Made by a program: the position numbers and the translations under genes. Positions 11,271-19,750 of a DNA stretch of 49,730 nucleotides are shown here, piece after piece. The DNA lies in contig DATLYT010000050.1 of the NCBI GenBank assembly GCA_035574455.1, forward strand, positions 1-49,730, written 5' to 3'. The stretch is from Bacteroidota bacterium (lineage in GTDB: Bacteria > Bacteroidota > Ignavibacteria > UBA10030). Within the stretch, counting starts at the first letter, position 1, and each line of letters starts with the position of its first letter. The notes below the pieces were generated by a model. It had not been told where the DNA came from, ran no database searches, and worked only from the letters and a program-made list of their open reading frames with translations.

Positions 11271-11735
11271 CTATCCGGGGTAGTACGGTGCCAGCTTCTG
11301 TCTCATGGCCTCAAGAACCTCAGGCGTAGCTTCGTTTTCCAGGAGCGGGAAGAGCACGCGGTCTTCTTTCCGAATATGTTCTTCGAGCAGCGTTGCGGAC
11401 TGTTGAAGAGCATCAGCAGGATAATTTCCTGATGCGGTGCGAAATTGTGCCACCTCTTCTTCGATCGTTCGATGTTCGCGCAGGAGCTCCTGCACAATAG
11501 TGCACGAGGCAGGAACACGTTCCGAGGCGGGAGGGAAGAGTGCTTGCTCTTCAGCCTCGAAATGTTTTTTCAGATGCTCGTCATAAAACCGCGCCACAAA
11601 TCGTGCTTGGTCGGTTGGCGTCTTAGGCCAGCCCGTCATGATCGCACGGTTATGCTCACGAAGCTGTTGGACGAGCAGCAGGCCTTCGTAGTGGTCTTTC
11701 GCAAGGGGAATCAAACTTTCGTGTCTTCGGGCCAT
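11271..11735 (-). CDS. Hemerythrin-like (HHE cation-binding) domain protein
   Basis: Repeated H/E-containing helices (DHYEGLLL, EHLKKHFEAEE, LLREHRTIEEE, LLEEHIRKED). The start lies 25 nt inside the 3' end of the upstream symporter gene. Confidence 0.6.
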   Translation of the reverse strand: MARRHESLIPLAKDHYEGLLLVQQLREHNRAIMTGWPKTPTDQARFVARFYDEHLKKHFEAEEQALFPPASERVPASCTIVQELLREHRTIEEEVAQFRTASGNYPADALQQSATLLEEHIRKEDRVLFPLLENEATPEVLEAMRQKLAPYYPG

Positions 11736-13216
11736 GTTGAGTCCCGCTCCTCTGGTTTCTGTTCAGACCGGGTAAGCTTGCTGATGATGATAATAAGAAA
11801 GAGGGAGAGAAAAAAGGCAGGAATGAGCTCGTAGAGCTGAGCTTTCAAGGCGGGTGTTTGGTTCCACACGATGGTGACGGTCGTGCCGACGAGCAATCCG
11901 GCCAGAACACCCCATCGTGTTGTACCTTTCCAGTAGAGCGAAAGGATAAGCGCCGGGCCGAAGGAGGCGCCCAAGCCACCCCAGGCGAAGAGAACCAGCC
12001 AGAAGACGAGGTCTGACGCAATTTCACGAAGAGCGATTGCCGCAATGATTAGCACCGTGATCATGAAGCGACTCAGCAGAACGAGGCGCTCCTGGCTGAT
12101 TTCTTTCCCTTTCAGCAGGAGCTGTTGGTACAAATCGCGGACGACAGATGATGCCGCCACGAGCAATTGAGAATCGGCCGTCGACATGATCGCTGCAACG
12201 ACGGCGGCAATCACCAGACCGAAGAAGAATGGATGCAGATGAAGTTGAGCCAGATACGGGAAAAGATTCTCGGTATCGCCGTTCGGTAAGCTCGATTGCT
12301 CCGGGAAATACGCTCGTCCCACAAGGCCGATGCAGAGTGCACCCGTGGCCATCAAGACATTCCACACGGTACCCCATACGGCGGAGATGCGGAGCTTCGT
12401 CGGGTCATGAATGGACATGTATCGGACGATAATATGAGGGTTGCCGGTTGAGCCGAGTCCAATACCAAGAAAGCCGATCAGAGCGCCGACCGTAAGTGCA
12501 AACGGGTCGAGCATCGTCGCATCCTGCAATCGTACTGCCTGAGAGACCGCGCTGAATCCGCCAAAGTTGAGTATCGCGATTACCGGAACAACAAGAAGGC
12601 CAACCAGCATGAAGATGGCTTGGAGGACGTCCGTCAACGCTACGGCAAGAAACCCACCCAGCAGCGTATACAGCCAAACGATGAACGCAGTGAACAGGAC
12701 ACCTTGAAAGTGTGTGATACCGAAACTTGCGCTGAAGGTCTTTCCACCGCCGTCCAATTGCGCTGCAACATAGATAACCATGAAGATGAGGATGATCAAC
12801 GCGCTAACGCCACGCAGTAGATGGCTTGAATCGTTGAAGCGCGTCTCAAAATAATCCGGAAGGGTAATCGAGCCCTTCTCCCCTGAATATTGTCGAAGTC
12901 GGACAGCGACGGTCAGGAACAGAATCAATTCTGCAACGGTGTAGCCGACGACCGACCACAGCGTTGAAACCCCGCGGGCATAGGCCATACCCGTGACGCC
13001 AACGAGGAGCCACGCGCTTCGACCGGAGGCAACGGCGCTCAAGGCAACCACAAAGCTTTTCAGCTTGCGCCCGCCGAGGAAAAATTCAGCAAGGCCACGC
13101 GAGGCGAACCGCGAGGCGTACACTCCTACGATGATGACAGAGAGAAGATAGCCGCAGAAGGCGAGTAGCGCCCAGGGATCTGTTGCAGATTGTTGGAGTG
13201 TGGACTGGTCTTGCAC
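11711..13216 (-). CDS. Sodium:solute symporter family transporter (PutP/PanF-like)
   Basis: About 13 TM helices. FFLGGRKL...ALSAVASGRSAWLLVG resembles the PutP/PanF N-terminal signature. GTG start. Confidence 0.85.
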   Translation of the reverse strand: MQDQSTLQQSATDPWALLAFCGYLLSVIIVGVYASRFASRGLAEFFLGGRKLKSFVVALSAVASGRSAWLLVGVTGMAYARGVSTLWSVVGYTVAELILFLTVAVRLRQYSGEKGSITLPDYFETRFNDSSHLLRGVSALIILIFMVIYVAAQLDGGGKTFSASFGITHFQGVLFTAFIVWLYTLLGGFLAVALTDVLQAIFMLVGLLVVPVIAILNFGGFSAVSQAVRLQDATMLDPFALTVGALIGFLGIGLGSTGNPHIIVRYMSIHDPTKLRISAVWGTVWNVLMATGALCIGLVGRAYFPEQSSLPNGDTENLFPYLAQLHLHPFFFGLVIAAVVAAIMSTADSQLLVAASSVVRDLYQQLLLKGKEISQERLVLLSRFMITVLIIAAIALREIASDLVFWLVLFAWGGLGASFGPALILSLYWKGTTRWGVLAGLLVGTTVTIVWNQTPALKAQLYELIPAFFLSLFLIIIISKLTRSEQKPEERDSTWPEDTKV

Positions 13217-13242
13217 GAGGGTCTGTTCTCAAAAAGTCCGTA

Positions 13243-13288
13243 CATCAAAAAGCCGCGCTCCGATTATTGTTTCAACCGTGCGCGGCTT
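13243..13288 (-). terminator. Rho-independent terminator of gltA
   Basis: Minus-strand hairpin aagccgcgc...gcgcggctt (arms at 13280-13288 and 13250-13258), followed by TTTTTGATG, 23 nt after the gltA stop. Confidence 0.65.
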
Positions 13289-13310
13289 GCCGATGCCATC
13301 ATTGTTCTGG

Positions 13311-14600
13311 TTATCGTCGCTTGTCGATGGGTACCCACTGTCGTTCTGCGGGACCCAGATAAATTTGACGCGGTCGGGCAATTTTTTGCTCGGCGTCCAA
13401 GATGTGTTCCTGCCACTGCGCAAGCCACCCGACCGTCCGCGGGATGGCAAACAACACCGGGAAAAAGTCTAACGGAAACCCCATCGCCTGATAAATGAGT
13501 CCGGAATAAAAGTCGACGTTCGGATAGAGTTTCCGTTTGATGAAGTATTCATCTTCCAGCGCGATTCGCTCGAGTTCAAGGGCGATGTCGAGTTTTGGAT
13601 TCTTCCCGGTCACCTCAAACACTTCGTACGCGAGTTTCTTGATGACCTTTGCCCGCGGGTCATAGTTTTTGTACACACGGTGTCCGAATCCCATCAGTCG
13701 CCGTTTGCCTTGTTTGACTTCCTGAACGAAGGTTGGCACGTTGTTTTTCGAGCCGATTTCATCGAGCATCCGCAGCACGGCTTCATTGGCACCGCCGTGG
13801 AGAGGTCCCCATAGGGCAGCCGCGGCTCCGGCGCAGGCAGAGTACGGATCGACGTGTGAGCTACCGATGCTCCGCATAGCGTTCGTACTGCAGTTCTGCT
13901 CATGGTCGGCGTGGAGGATGAACAGGACCGTCAGCGCGTGCTCGAGCACCGGGTTCACGTTGTACCGTGTCTCAGCAATCTTGAACATCATGTTCAAGAA
14001 ATTACCGGCGTACGTCAGGTCGTTGTCGGGATACACGTACGGCATCCCTTTCGAGTGGCGGTAGGCAAACGCGGCAATGGTTGGTACTTTTCCGATTAAC
14101 CGATAAATCTGTTTCTGCCGTATTTCTTCGTCAAAAATATTCTTGGCTTCAGGATAGAACGTCGAGAGGGCAGCGATCGTGCTGATGAACATCCCCATCG
14201 GGTGAGCGTCATACCGGAATCCCTCCATCAACTTCTTGACATTCTCATGGACAAAGGTGTGGTTCTTGATGTTTGTCCGCCATTCTTCGAGTTGTTGCTT
14301 GTTCGGGAGGTCGCCAGCGAGGAGAAGATAAGCTACTTCAAGGAACGAGGTTGAATGTTCAGCAAGCTGTTCGATTGGATAGCCGCGGTACCGGAGGATT
14401 CCCTTGTCTCCGTCGATGTACGTAATCTTGCTCTTGACGGATGCAGTGTTCATAAACGCAGGGTCGTAAACCATCAACCCGAAGTCGTCATCCTTCACTT
14501 TGATTTTGCGAAGGTCTATCGCTTTGATGGTTTCATACTCAATCGGCACTTCGTATTGTTTTCCGGTTCGGTTGTCTATGATCGTCAGCGTATCGGGCAT
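13311..14600 (-). CDS. gltA: Citrate synthase
   Basis: Full-length type II citrate synthase pattern, including GPLHGGANE and GFGHRVYKNYDPR. Confidence 0.95.
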   Translation of the reverse strand: MPDTLTIIDNRTGKQYEVPIEYETIKAIDLRKIKVKDDDFGLMVYDPAFMNTASVKSKITYIDGDKGILRYRGYPIEQLAEHSTSFLEVAYLLLAGDLPNKQQLEEWRTNIKNHTFVHENVKKLMEGFRYDAHPMGMFISTIAALSTFYPEAKNIFDEEIRQKQIYRLIGKVPTIAAFAYRHSKGMPYVYPDNDLTYAGNFLNMMFKIAETRYNVNPVLEHALTVLFILHADHEQNCSTNAMRSIGSSHVDPYSACAGAAAALWGPLHGGANEAVLRMLDEIGSKNNVPTFVQEVKQGKRRLMGFGHRVYKNYDPRAKVIKKLAYEVFEVTGKNPKLDIALELERIALEDEYFIKRKLYPNVDFYSGLIYQAMGFPLDFFPVLFAIPRTVGWLAQWQEHILDAEQKIARPRQIYLGPAERQWVPIDKRR

Positions 14601-14800
14601 ACAAAAGAATCCTTGTAAAAGGAGAACTGGAGTGAGCGTTACGATGTGGAAAGAAAAGAAAAAATTCTCTCATGTGCCATCGAAATCGTTTCATTTTTAT
14701 GGAGTTATCAGAGAGGGAACGCGTAACGGGCTACGGGTGTTATAAAAAGTGGATCCGCTAGTTGAGCTTTCCTTTTTCGCGGATTCCGTATAACCTCCCT

Positions 14801-14841
14801 AACCCCCGGCGTCGACGGTGCGCGTCGGGGGTTTCTATTTT
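14801..14841 (+). terminator. Strong GC hairpin plus U-tract oriented for the plus strand (orphan terminator, abutting the rluE-like stop)
   Basis: aacccccggcg (14801-14811) pairs with cgtcgggggtt (14823-14833) with one G-U pair, followed by tctatttt. There is no plus-strand CDS upstream. On the minus strand no U-tract follows the hairpin. Confidence 0.5.
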
Positions 14842-15458
14842 GCTCGGTTTTCCGTCGAAAGAGGCAACCCGAGGTACGAACGAAGCTTGCTAACTTCCAA
14901 TGGTGTGAGTGCTCTGAATGAACCCGGCTCTAATCCCTCGATACTAAGGTAGGCAATCTGGGTTCGGATGAGACGTAATGTTGGATAGCCCACAGCAGCT
15001 GTCATTTTTCGGACCTGGCGGTTCCTTCCTTCACGTATTGTTATTTCCAACCAGGACGTGGGGACATTTTTCCGAAACCGGATCGGGACGGGGCGGGGTG
15101 GAACGTCCGGCTCGCGTTTTAAGAGGGTCACTTCTGCCGGTTTTGTCTTCTTACCTTCGATGACGACTCCTTTTCGCAATCGATCGAGAGCTTCCTCCGT
15201 AGGAATACGTTCCACCTGCACAAGGTACGTTCGTGGATGGTCGAAGGTTGGTTCCGTAAGCCGATGCTTGACGGAGTTATCATTGGTGAGCAGGAGGAGG
15301 CCTTCGCTATCGGCATCCAGACGGCCTACAGGGTACACATCGCGCGGGAACGGTCCGTAATCTCTCAACGAGGCTCTTCCCGCCTCATGCGTGAACTGAG
15401 AAAGTACGCCAAAAGGCTTATAAAAAAGCAAATAGGTTCGTTGACGAGTATTCCACAT
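14835..15458 (-). CDS. Pseudouridine synthase, RsuA/RluE family
   Basis: Catalytic motif VGRLDADSEGLLLLTND and the conserved block YLVQV...REGRNRQVRKM. The ATG at 15458 is preferred; the TTG at 15494 is possible. Confidence 0.85.
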   Translation of the reverse strand: MWNTRQRTYLLFYKPFGVLSQFTHEAGRASLRDYGPFPRDVYPVGRLDADSEGLLLLTNDNSVKHRLTEPTFDHPRTYLVQVERIPTEEALDRLRKGVVIEGKKTKPAEVTLLKREPDVPPRPVPIRFRKNVPTSWLEITIREGRNRQVRKMTAAVGYPTLRLIRTQIAYLSIEGLEPGSFRALTPLEVSKLRSYLGLPLSTENRAK

Positions 15459-15525
15459 TGTTGGGAATATACTGCTCACAAAGGGATGACTCAAGTCACG
15501 ATAGGGCTTTTCGCGAAAATAACAC

Positions 15526-15764
15526 TTGTGTGATGTTCAGAAAAAGCGTATCTTAATACTGCAATTCACAGTACACCGTGGTTGCCTGAACACTTTGGTC
15601 CGCGCAAGCGGGCTTGTTTGATGGAGCTCCGAGAAGTTTGATGGTCGGACGCTTGCAGTCCCGGAAGGGATCCATTCGGACAAGGGTCGGAGAATTCTCC
15701 GATGTAAAGTTGTAGGGCCCAGCAGGCTGTACGAATCATCAACTTACTCAGTAAGGAGTTCCAG
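15526..15764 (+). promoter_or_regulatory. cspA promoter candidate and long (~200 nt) 5' leader
   Basis: TTGTGT (15526-15531), 17 nt, TATCTT (15549-15554). This is followed by about 200 nt of non-coding leader ending in TAAGGAG (15752-15758) before the ATG. Confidence 0.3.
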
Positions 15765-15965
15765 ATGGAAAAGGGAACTGTGAAGTGGTTTAACACTTCC
15801 AAGGGCTATGGCTTCATCCAGCGTCCCGGTGGCGAAGATGTGTTCGTCCACTACAAGGCGATCTCGGGTGATGGCTTCCGCAACCTGAACGAAGGCGATA
15901 TGGTCGAGTTCGAGGTTGAGCAGGGGCCGAAAGGCTACCAAGCCCGCAATGTCAAGAAGGTCTAA
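15765..15965 (+). CDS. cspA: Cold-shock protein (CspA family)
   Basis: 66 aa with RNP1/RNP2 motifs KGYGFI and VFVHY. Confidence 0.95.
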   Translation: MEKGTVKWFNTSKGYGFIQRPGGEDVFVHYKAISGDGFRNLNEGDMVEFEVEQGPKGYQARNVKKV

Positions 15966-15988
15966 ACTGCTTTCTTACCATGAGAGAA

Positions 15989-16029
15989 AATCCCCCGTTT
16001 GCGCAAGCAGACAGGGGATTTGTGTTTTT
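15989..16029 (+). terminator. Rho-independent terminator of cspA
   Basis: aatcccc (15989-15995) pairs with ggggatt (16014-16020), followed by tgtgttttt. Confidence 0.75.
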
Positions 16030-16048
16030 GAGATGAGGTAGAAGAACC

Positions 16049-16084
16049 AAAATAAAAAACCCTCGACAACCTTGCCGAGGGTTT
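16049..16084 (-). terminator. Rho-independent terminator of clpC
   Basis: Minus-strand aaccctcg...cgagggtt (arms at 16077-16084 and 16059-16066), followed by TTTTTTATTTT, 30 nt after the clpC TGA. Confidence 0.8.
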
Positions 16085-16113
16085 GCAGTTCTTTACACCT
16101 TACCTTAACGTAG

Positions 16114-18621
16114 TCAATTCTTCGGAAGGTCGGCTACTTCTTCACCAAGTTCCTTCATCTCATCGCCGCCCGTGTCTTTGCTGGCATCGACAAACTTCAG
16201 GTCTTCTGTTTTCTTGTCGAACTTGACCTTGATCTTCGCGCCGGCTTGGAATGTCCCTTTGAGGATTTCCTCCGCTAGGGGGTCTTCAATGTACTTTTGG
16301 ACAGCCCGCTTAAGCGGCCGAGCCCCGAACGCCGGGTCAAAGCCTTTATCGGCCAGGAATTCTTTTGCCTCTTTACTCAGTTCAACGGTGATGCCCATGG
16401 ACGTCATGCGTTCGAAGAGGTCTCGCGCTGAAATATCGATAATCTGCAAGATATGCTCGCGCTCCAGGTTGTGGAAGACGATCGTATCATCGACCCGATT
16501 CAGGAACTCTGGGTTGAAGACGCGCTTCAGAGCATCCTCAATGTTCGACTTCATTGACTCGTATTTGTCTTTGTGAGTCTGTGTTCCAAAGCCAAACCCT
16601 CCGCTGACTTTGATGTCGCGCGACCCGATATTCGACGTCATAATGAGAATGGTATTCTTGAAATCTACCCGTCGACCCAAGCTGTCTGTCAGAATACCGT
16701 CATCCAGAACTTGCAGGAGGATGTTGAAAACGTCCGGATGGGCTTTTTCGATCTCGTCCAACAGCACTACGGAGTAAGGCTTACGACGGACTTTTTCGGT
16801 CAACTGGCCACCTTCTTCGTATCCCACATAGCCCGGAGGCGCACCAACAAGTCGAGAGACGGAGAATTTCTCCATATACTCGCTCATGTCGATACGAATC
16901 AAGGCATCTTCTGAGTCGAAAAGGTAGCGGGCAAGCGACTTGGCCAATTCGGTTTTACCGACACCCGTTGGACCTAAGAAGATAAACGAGCCTATCGGCC
17001 GTTTGGGATCTTTTAAGCCGGCACGGGCGCGGCGAATTGCCTTGGTGAGTTTCTCAATGGCTTCGTCCTGACCAACAACACTTTGCTTGAGCGCCTCTTC
17101 CATCTTCAACAGCTTAGCGGTCTCGCTTTCAGCGACTTTTTGTACCGGTATTCCGGTCATCATCGCGACGACCGCTGCGCAATCCTCTTCTGTTACTTCA
17201 TAAACGGTATCATGGGCTTTCAGCTCCCACTCGCGTTTGGCAATTTCAAGGTCGCTTAGGAGTTTCTTCTCCAGATCGCGTAGTCGTGCGGCCTCCTCAA
17301 AGTTCTGGTTCTTGACGACCTGGTTCTTCGCCTGCTTGATCTTCTCAATTTCTTCTTCGAGTTGTAGGATTTCCTTCGGAACCTTGATATTGGCAAGGTG
17401 CACGCGAGACCCGGCCTCATCCATCACGTCGATCGCTTTGTCGGGCAAGTAGCGATCCGTAATGTAGCGGTCGCTCAGACGTACCGCAGCCTCCAGCGCC
17501 TTCTCCGAGTAGATCACACCATGGTGCTCCTCATACTTATGCTTGATGTTCTGGAGGATCTGGATGGTCTGTTCGACCGTTGTCGGATCGACCATAATCT
17601 TCTGGAAACGTCGGTCTAATGCGCCATCCTTTTCGATGTACTGTCGGTATTCGTCCAGCGTGGTCGCACCGATGCATTGGAGATCGCCACGCGCGAGTGC
17701 CGGCTTGAACATGTTGGATGCATCGAGAGATCCACTGGCGCCTCCAGCCCCCACAATCGTATGCAGCTCGTCAATAAATAGGATGACGTCTTTCGCCTTT
17801 TCCAATTCGTTCATGACGGCCTTCATGCGCTCTTCGAACTGGCCTCGGTATTTGGTGCCAGCGACAAGAGCAGCAAGGTCTAGGGTAACGACGCGCTTAT
17901 CGTGTAAGACGCGGGAGACCTTCTTTTGAACGATTCTCAACGCCAATCCCTCTGCGATCGCCGATTTTCCAACGCCCGGTTCGCCGATCAGCACCGGATT
18001 GTTTTTCTTCCGACGGCTCAAGACCTGGGCAACACGCTCAATTTCTTTCTCACGCCCGACGATCGGGTCGAGTTTATCTTCCATCGCAAGCTTTGTCAGA
18101 TCCCTGCCGAAGTTATCGAGAACAGGAGTCTTCGAGCGCTCGGGCTTTTTCTCGGTCGCGTGTGCCGTTGGAGGCGTTGAAGGCTTGCCGGAGATGATGT
18201 TATCCAGCTCATTCCTCACAACGTCATAATGCACATTAAACTGATGGAGGATTTGTGCGGCGATATTGTCGTCATCACGGAGGAGTGAAAGCAGGAGGTG
18301 CTCCGTTCCGATGACATCGGATTTGTACAACTTCGCCTCGAGGTAGGTAATCTTGAGGACTTTCTCGGCCTGCTTTGTCAATGGAATATTGCCGATTGTC
18401 AGCGTGCCGCCGGATGTCCGTACGGTGTCTTCAATGGCTTTCTTCAATCGGTAGAGGTCAACACCAAGATTACGCAAAATCTTTACGGCGATACCTTCAC
18501 CCTCGCGTATAATTCCCAATAGCAGATGCTCAGTACCAATGTAGTCGTGGCCAAGACGGAGAGCCTCTTCTCGGCTCAAGCGAATAACATCTTGCACACG
18601 ATTGGAAAAATTGCCTTCCAT
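16114..18621 (-). CDS. clpC: ATP-dependent Clp protease ATP-binding subunit ClpC (class I AAA+, two NBDs)
   Basis: Duplicated Clp_N repeats at the N-terminus. Walker A GEPGVGKS and [11 protein letters not shown]-like linker ([14 protein letters not shown]). Typical ClpA/B/C signature blocks. Confidence 0.95.
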   Translation of the reverse strand: MEGNFSNRVQDVIRLSREEALRLGHDYIGTEHLLLGIIREGEGIAVKILRNLGVDLYRLKKAIEDTVRTSGGTLTIGNIPLTKQAEKVLKITYLEAKLYKSDVIGTEHLLLSLLRDDDNIAAQILHQFNVHYDVVRNELDNIISGKPSTPPTAHATEKKPERSKTPVLDNFGRDLTKLAMEDKLDPIVGREKEIERVAQVLSRRKKNNPVLIGEPGVGKSAIAEGLALRIVQKKVSRVLHDKRVVTLDLAALVAGTKYRGQFEERMKAVMNELEKAKDVILFIDELHTIVGAGGASGSLDASNMFKPALARGDLQCIGATTLDEYRQYIEKDGALDRRFQKIMVDPTTVEQTIQILQNIKHKYEEHHGVIYSEKALEAAVRLSDRYITDRYLPDKAIDVMDEAGSRVHLANIKVPKEILQLEEEIEKIKQAKNQVVKNQNFEEAARLRDLEKKLLSDLEIAKREWELKAHDTVYEVTEEDCAAVVAMMTGIPVQKVAESETAKLLKMEEALKQSVVGQDEAIEKLTKAIRRARAGLKDPKRPIGSFIFLGPTGVGKTELAKSLARYLFDSEDALIRIDMSEYMEKFSVSRLVGAPPGYVGYEEGGQLTEKVRRKPYSVVLLDEIEKAHPDVFNILLQVLDDGILTDSLGRRVDFKNTILIMTSNIGSRDIKVSGGFGFGTQTHKDKYESMKSNIEDALKRVFNPEFLNRVDDTIVFHNLEREHILQIIDISARDLFERMTSMGITVELSKEAKEFLADKGFDPAFGARPLKRAVQKYIEDPLAEEILKGTFQAGAKIKVKFDKKTEDLKFVDASKDTGGDEMKELGEEVADLPKN

Positions 18622-18713
18622 AAAACAAAACTTTCAAAATTAGTTGAACAAAAGGTGAAGGTGTTACCCTTTCGTGGTATAACGACCGTATCCGTTGTGA
18701 AGTTTCTAAGCTC

Positions 18714-18742
18714 AATATAACACTATTTGCAAGTGCAGTCAA
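18714..18742 (-). promoter_or_regulatory. Sigma70-like promoter candidate for clpC
   Basis: On the minus strand, TTGACT (18737-18742), 17 nt, TATATT (18714-18719). The leader would be about 85 nt. Confidence 0.5.
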
Positions 18743-18834
18743 GCAAAGGCTTTCTCGCACCTTTCCACGTTTCATACGTCTAACGACCAACGAAACGGAT
18801 CAGCTAAATCGGAAATTAAGTCAGAGAACGTTCT

Positions 18835-18863
18835 TTGACTTTCGTTTCAAAAAAGGTTAAATT
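18835..18863 (+). promoter_or_regulatory. Sigma70-like promoter candidate for the uppS-bamA-lpx operon
   Basis: TTGACT (18835-18840), 17 nt, TAAATT (18858-18863). It overlaps the TTG that opens the maximal ORF, which argues for the downstream GTG start. Confidence 0.5.
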
Positions 18864-18907
18864 TGCATTCGCCGCGAAATTATTTTTTACTTGAGAGGTG
18901 TGACAGA

Positions 18908-19750
18908 GTGGCATTAGAGCAAGCAACCGGCAGCGATAAGAAACGGCAAGACCTGCTTCGTGAAAGTGGGACAATACCGTTCCATATCGCCATTATCATG
19001 GATGGGAATGGCCGCTGGGCAAAGCGGCGTGGATTGCCACGCATTGCAGGTCATCACGAAGGTGTCAATTCCGTTCGTGATATTGTCGAAGCCTGTGGCC
19101 AGCTCGGTGTGAAGTATCTCACACTGTATGCGTTCTCGACCGAGAACTGGAAACGCCCGGTTGACGAAGTTTCCATGCTGATGCGCCTGCTCCTCAAAGC
19201 ACTCCGGGATGAACGCGATCGCCTCCACCAGAATGAAGTGCAGCTGAAAGCCATTGGCGACATTGCGGCGTTACCCCAGGATGTGCAGGATGAACTGCTC
19301 GACGCCATCGAAATGATGAAACAGAATACTGGACTCACCCTCATTCTGGCACTCAGTTACAGCGGTCGGTGGGACCTTGCCCAGGCGCTGAAACGCATCG
19401 TTGAAGACGTCCGCATCGGTACCATTGCGAAGGATCAAATTAATGAAAACCTCATTTCTCAGTATCTCTCGACGAAGGAGTTCCCCGACCCCGATTTGTT
19501 GATTCGTACCAGCGGCGAAAACAGGATCAGCAACTTCCTGCTCTGGCAGCTTGCCTACAGTGAGATTGTTATCTCCAACGTCTTCTGGCCGGATTTCCGT
19601 CGCCAGCATCTGTATGAGGCGATCAGCGATTTTCAGCGTCGCGAGCGCCGCTTTGGCATGACCAGCGAGCAGGTGAAAGAAACGCAAAACGTCCAGTTGG
19701 GACCCCTCAGTGGGATGGAAAGGTTGTTGAAAAGTGCGGCGAAGTTTTAG
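18908..19750 (+). CDS. uppS: Undecaprenyl (isoprenyl) diphosphate synthase
   Basis: HIAIIMDGNGRWA, FSTENWKRP, and the RTSGE.R.SNFLLWQ signature. The GTG at 18908 with an upstream GAGAGG is preferred; the maximal ORF starts at 18863. Confidence 0.9.
   Translation: MALEQATGSDKKRQDLLRESGTIPFHIAIIMDGNGRWAKRRGLPRIAGHHEGVNSVRDIVEACGQLGVKYLTLYAFSTENWKRPVDEVSMLMRLLLKALRDERDRLHQNEVQLKAIGDIAALPQDVQDELLDAIEMMKQNTGLTLILALSYSGRWDLAQALKRIVEDVRIGTIAKDQINENLISQYLSTKEFPDPDLLIRTSGENRISNFLLWQLAYSEIVISNVFWPDFRRQHLYEAISDFQRRERRFGMTSEQVKETQNVQLGPLSGMERLLKSAAKF

Noticed and set aside
18830-18852. A CtsR-like operator (AGTCAAA heptad) upstream of clpC.
   Set aside because: Only one heptad is present rather than the tandem GGTCAAA-N3-GGTCAAA repeat. 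It lies about 210 nt from the clpC start and coincides with the -35 box (TTGACT) of the divergent uppS promoter candidate.
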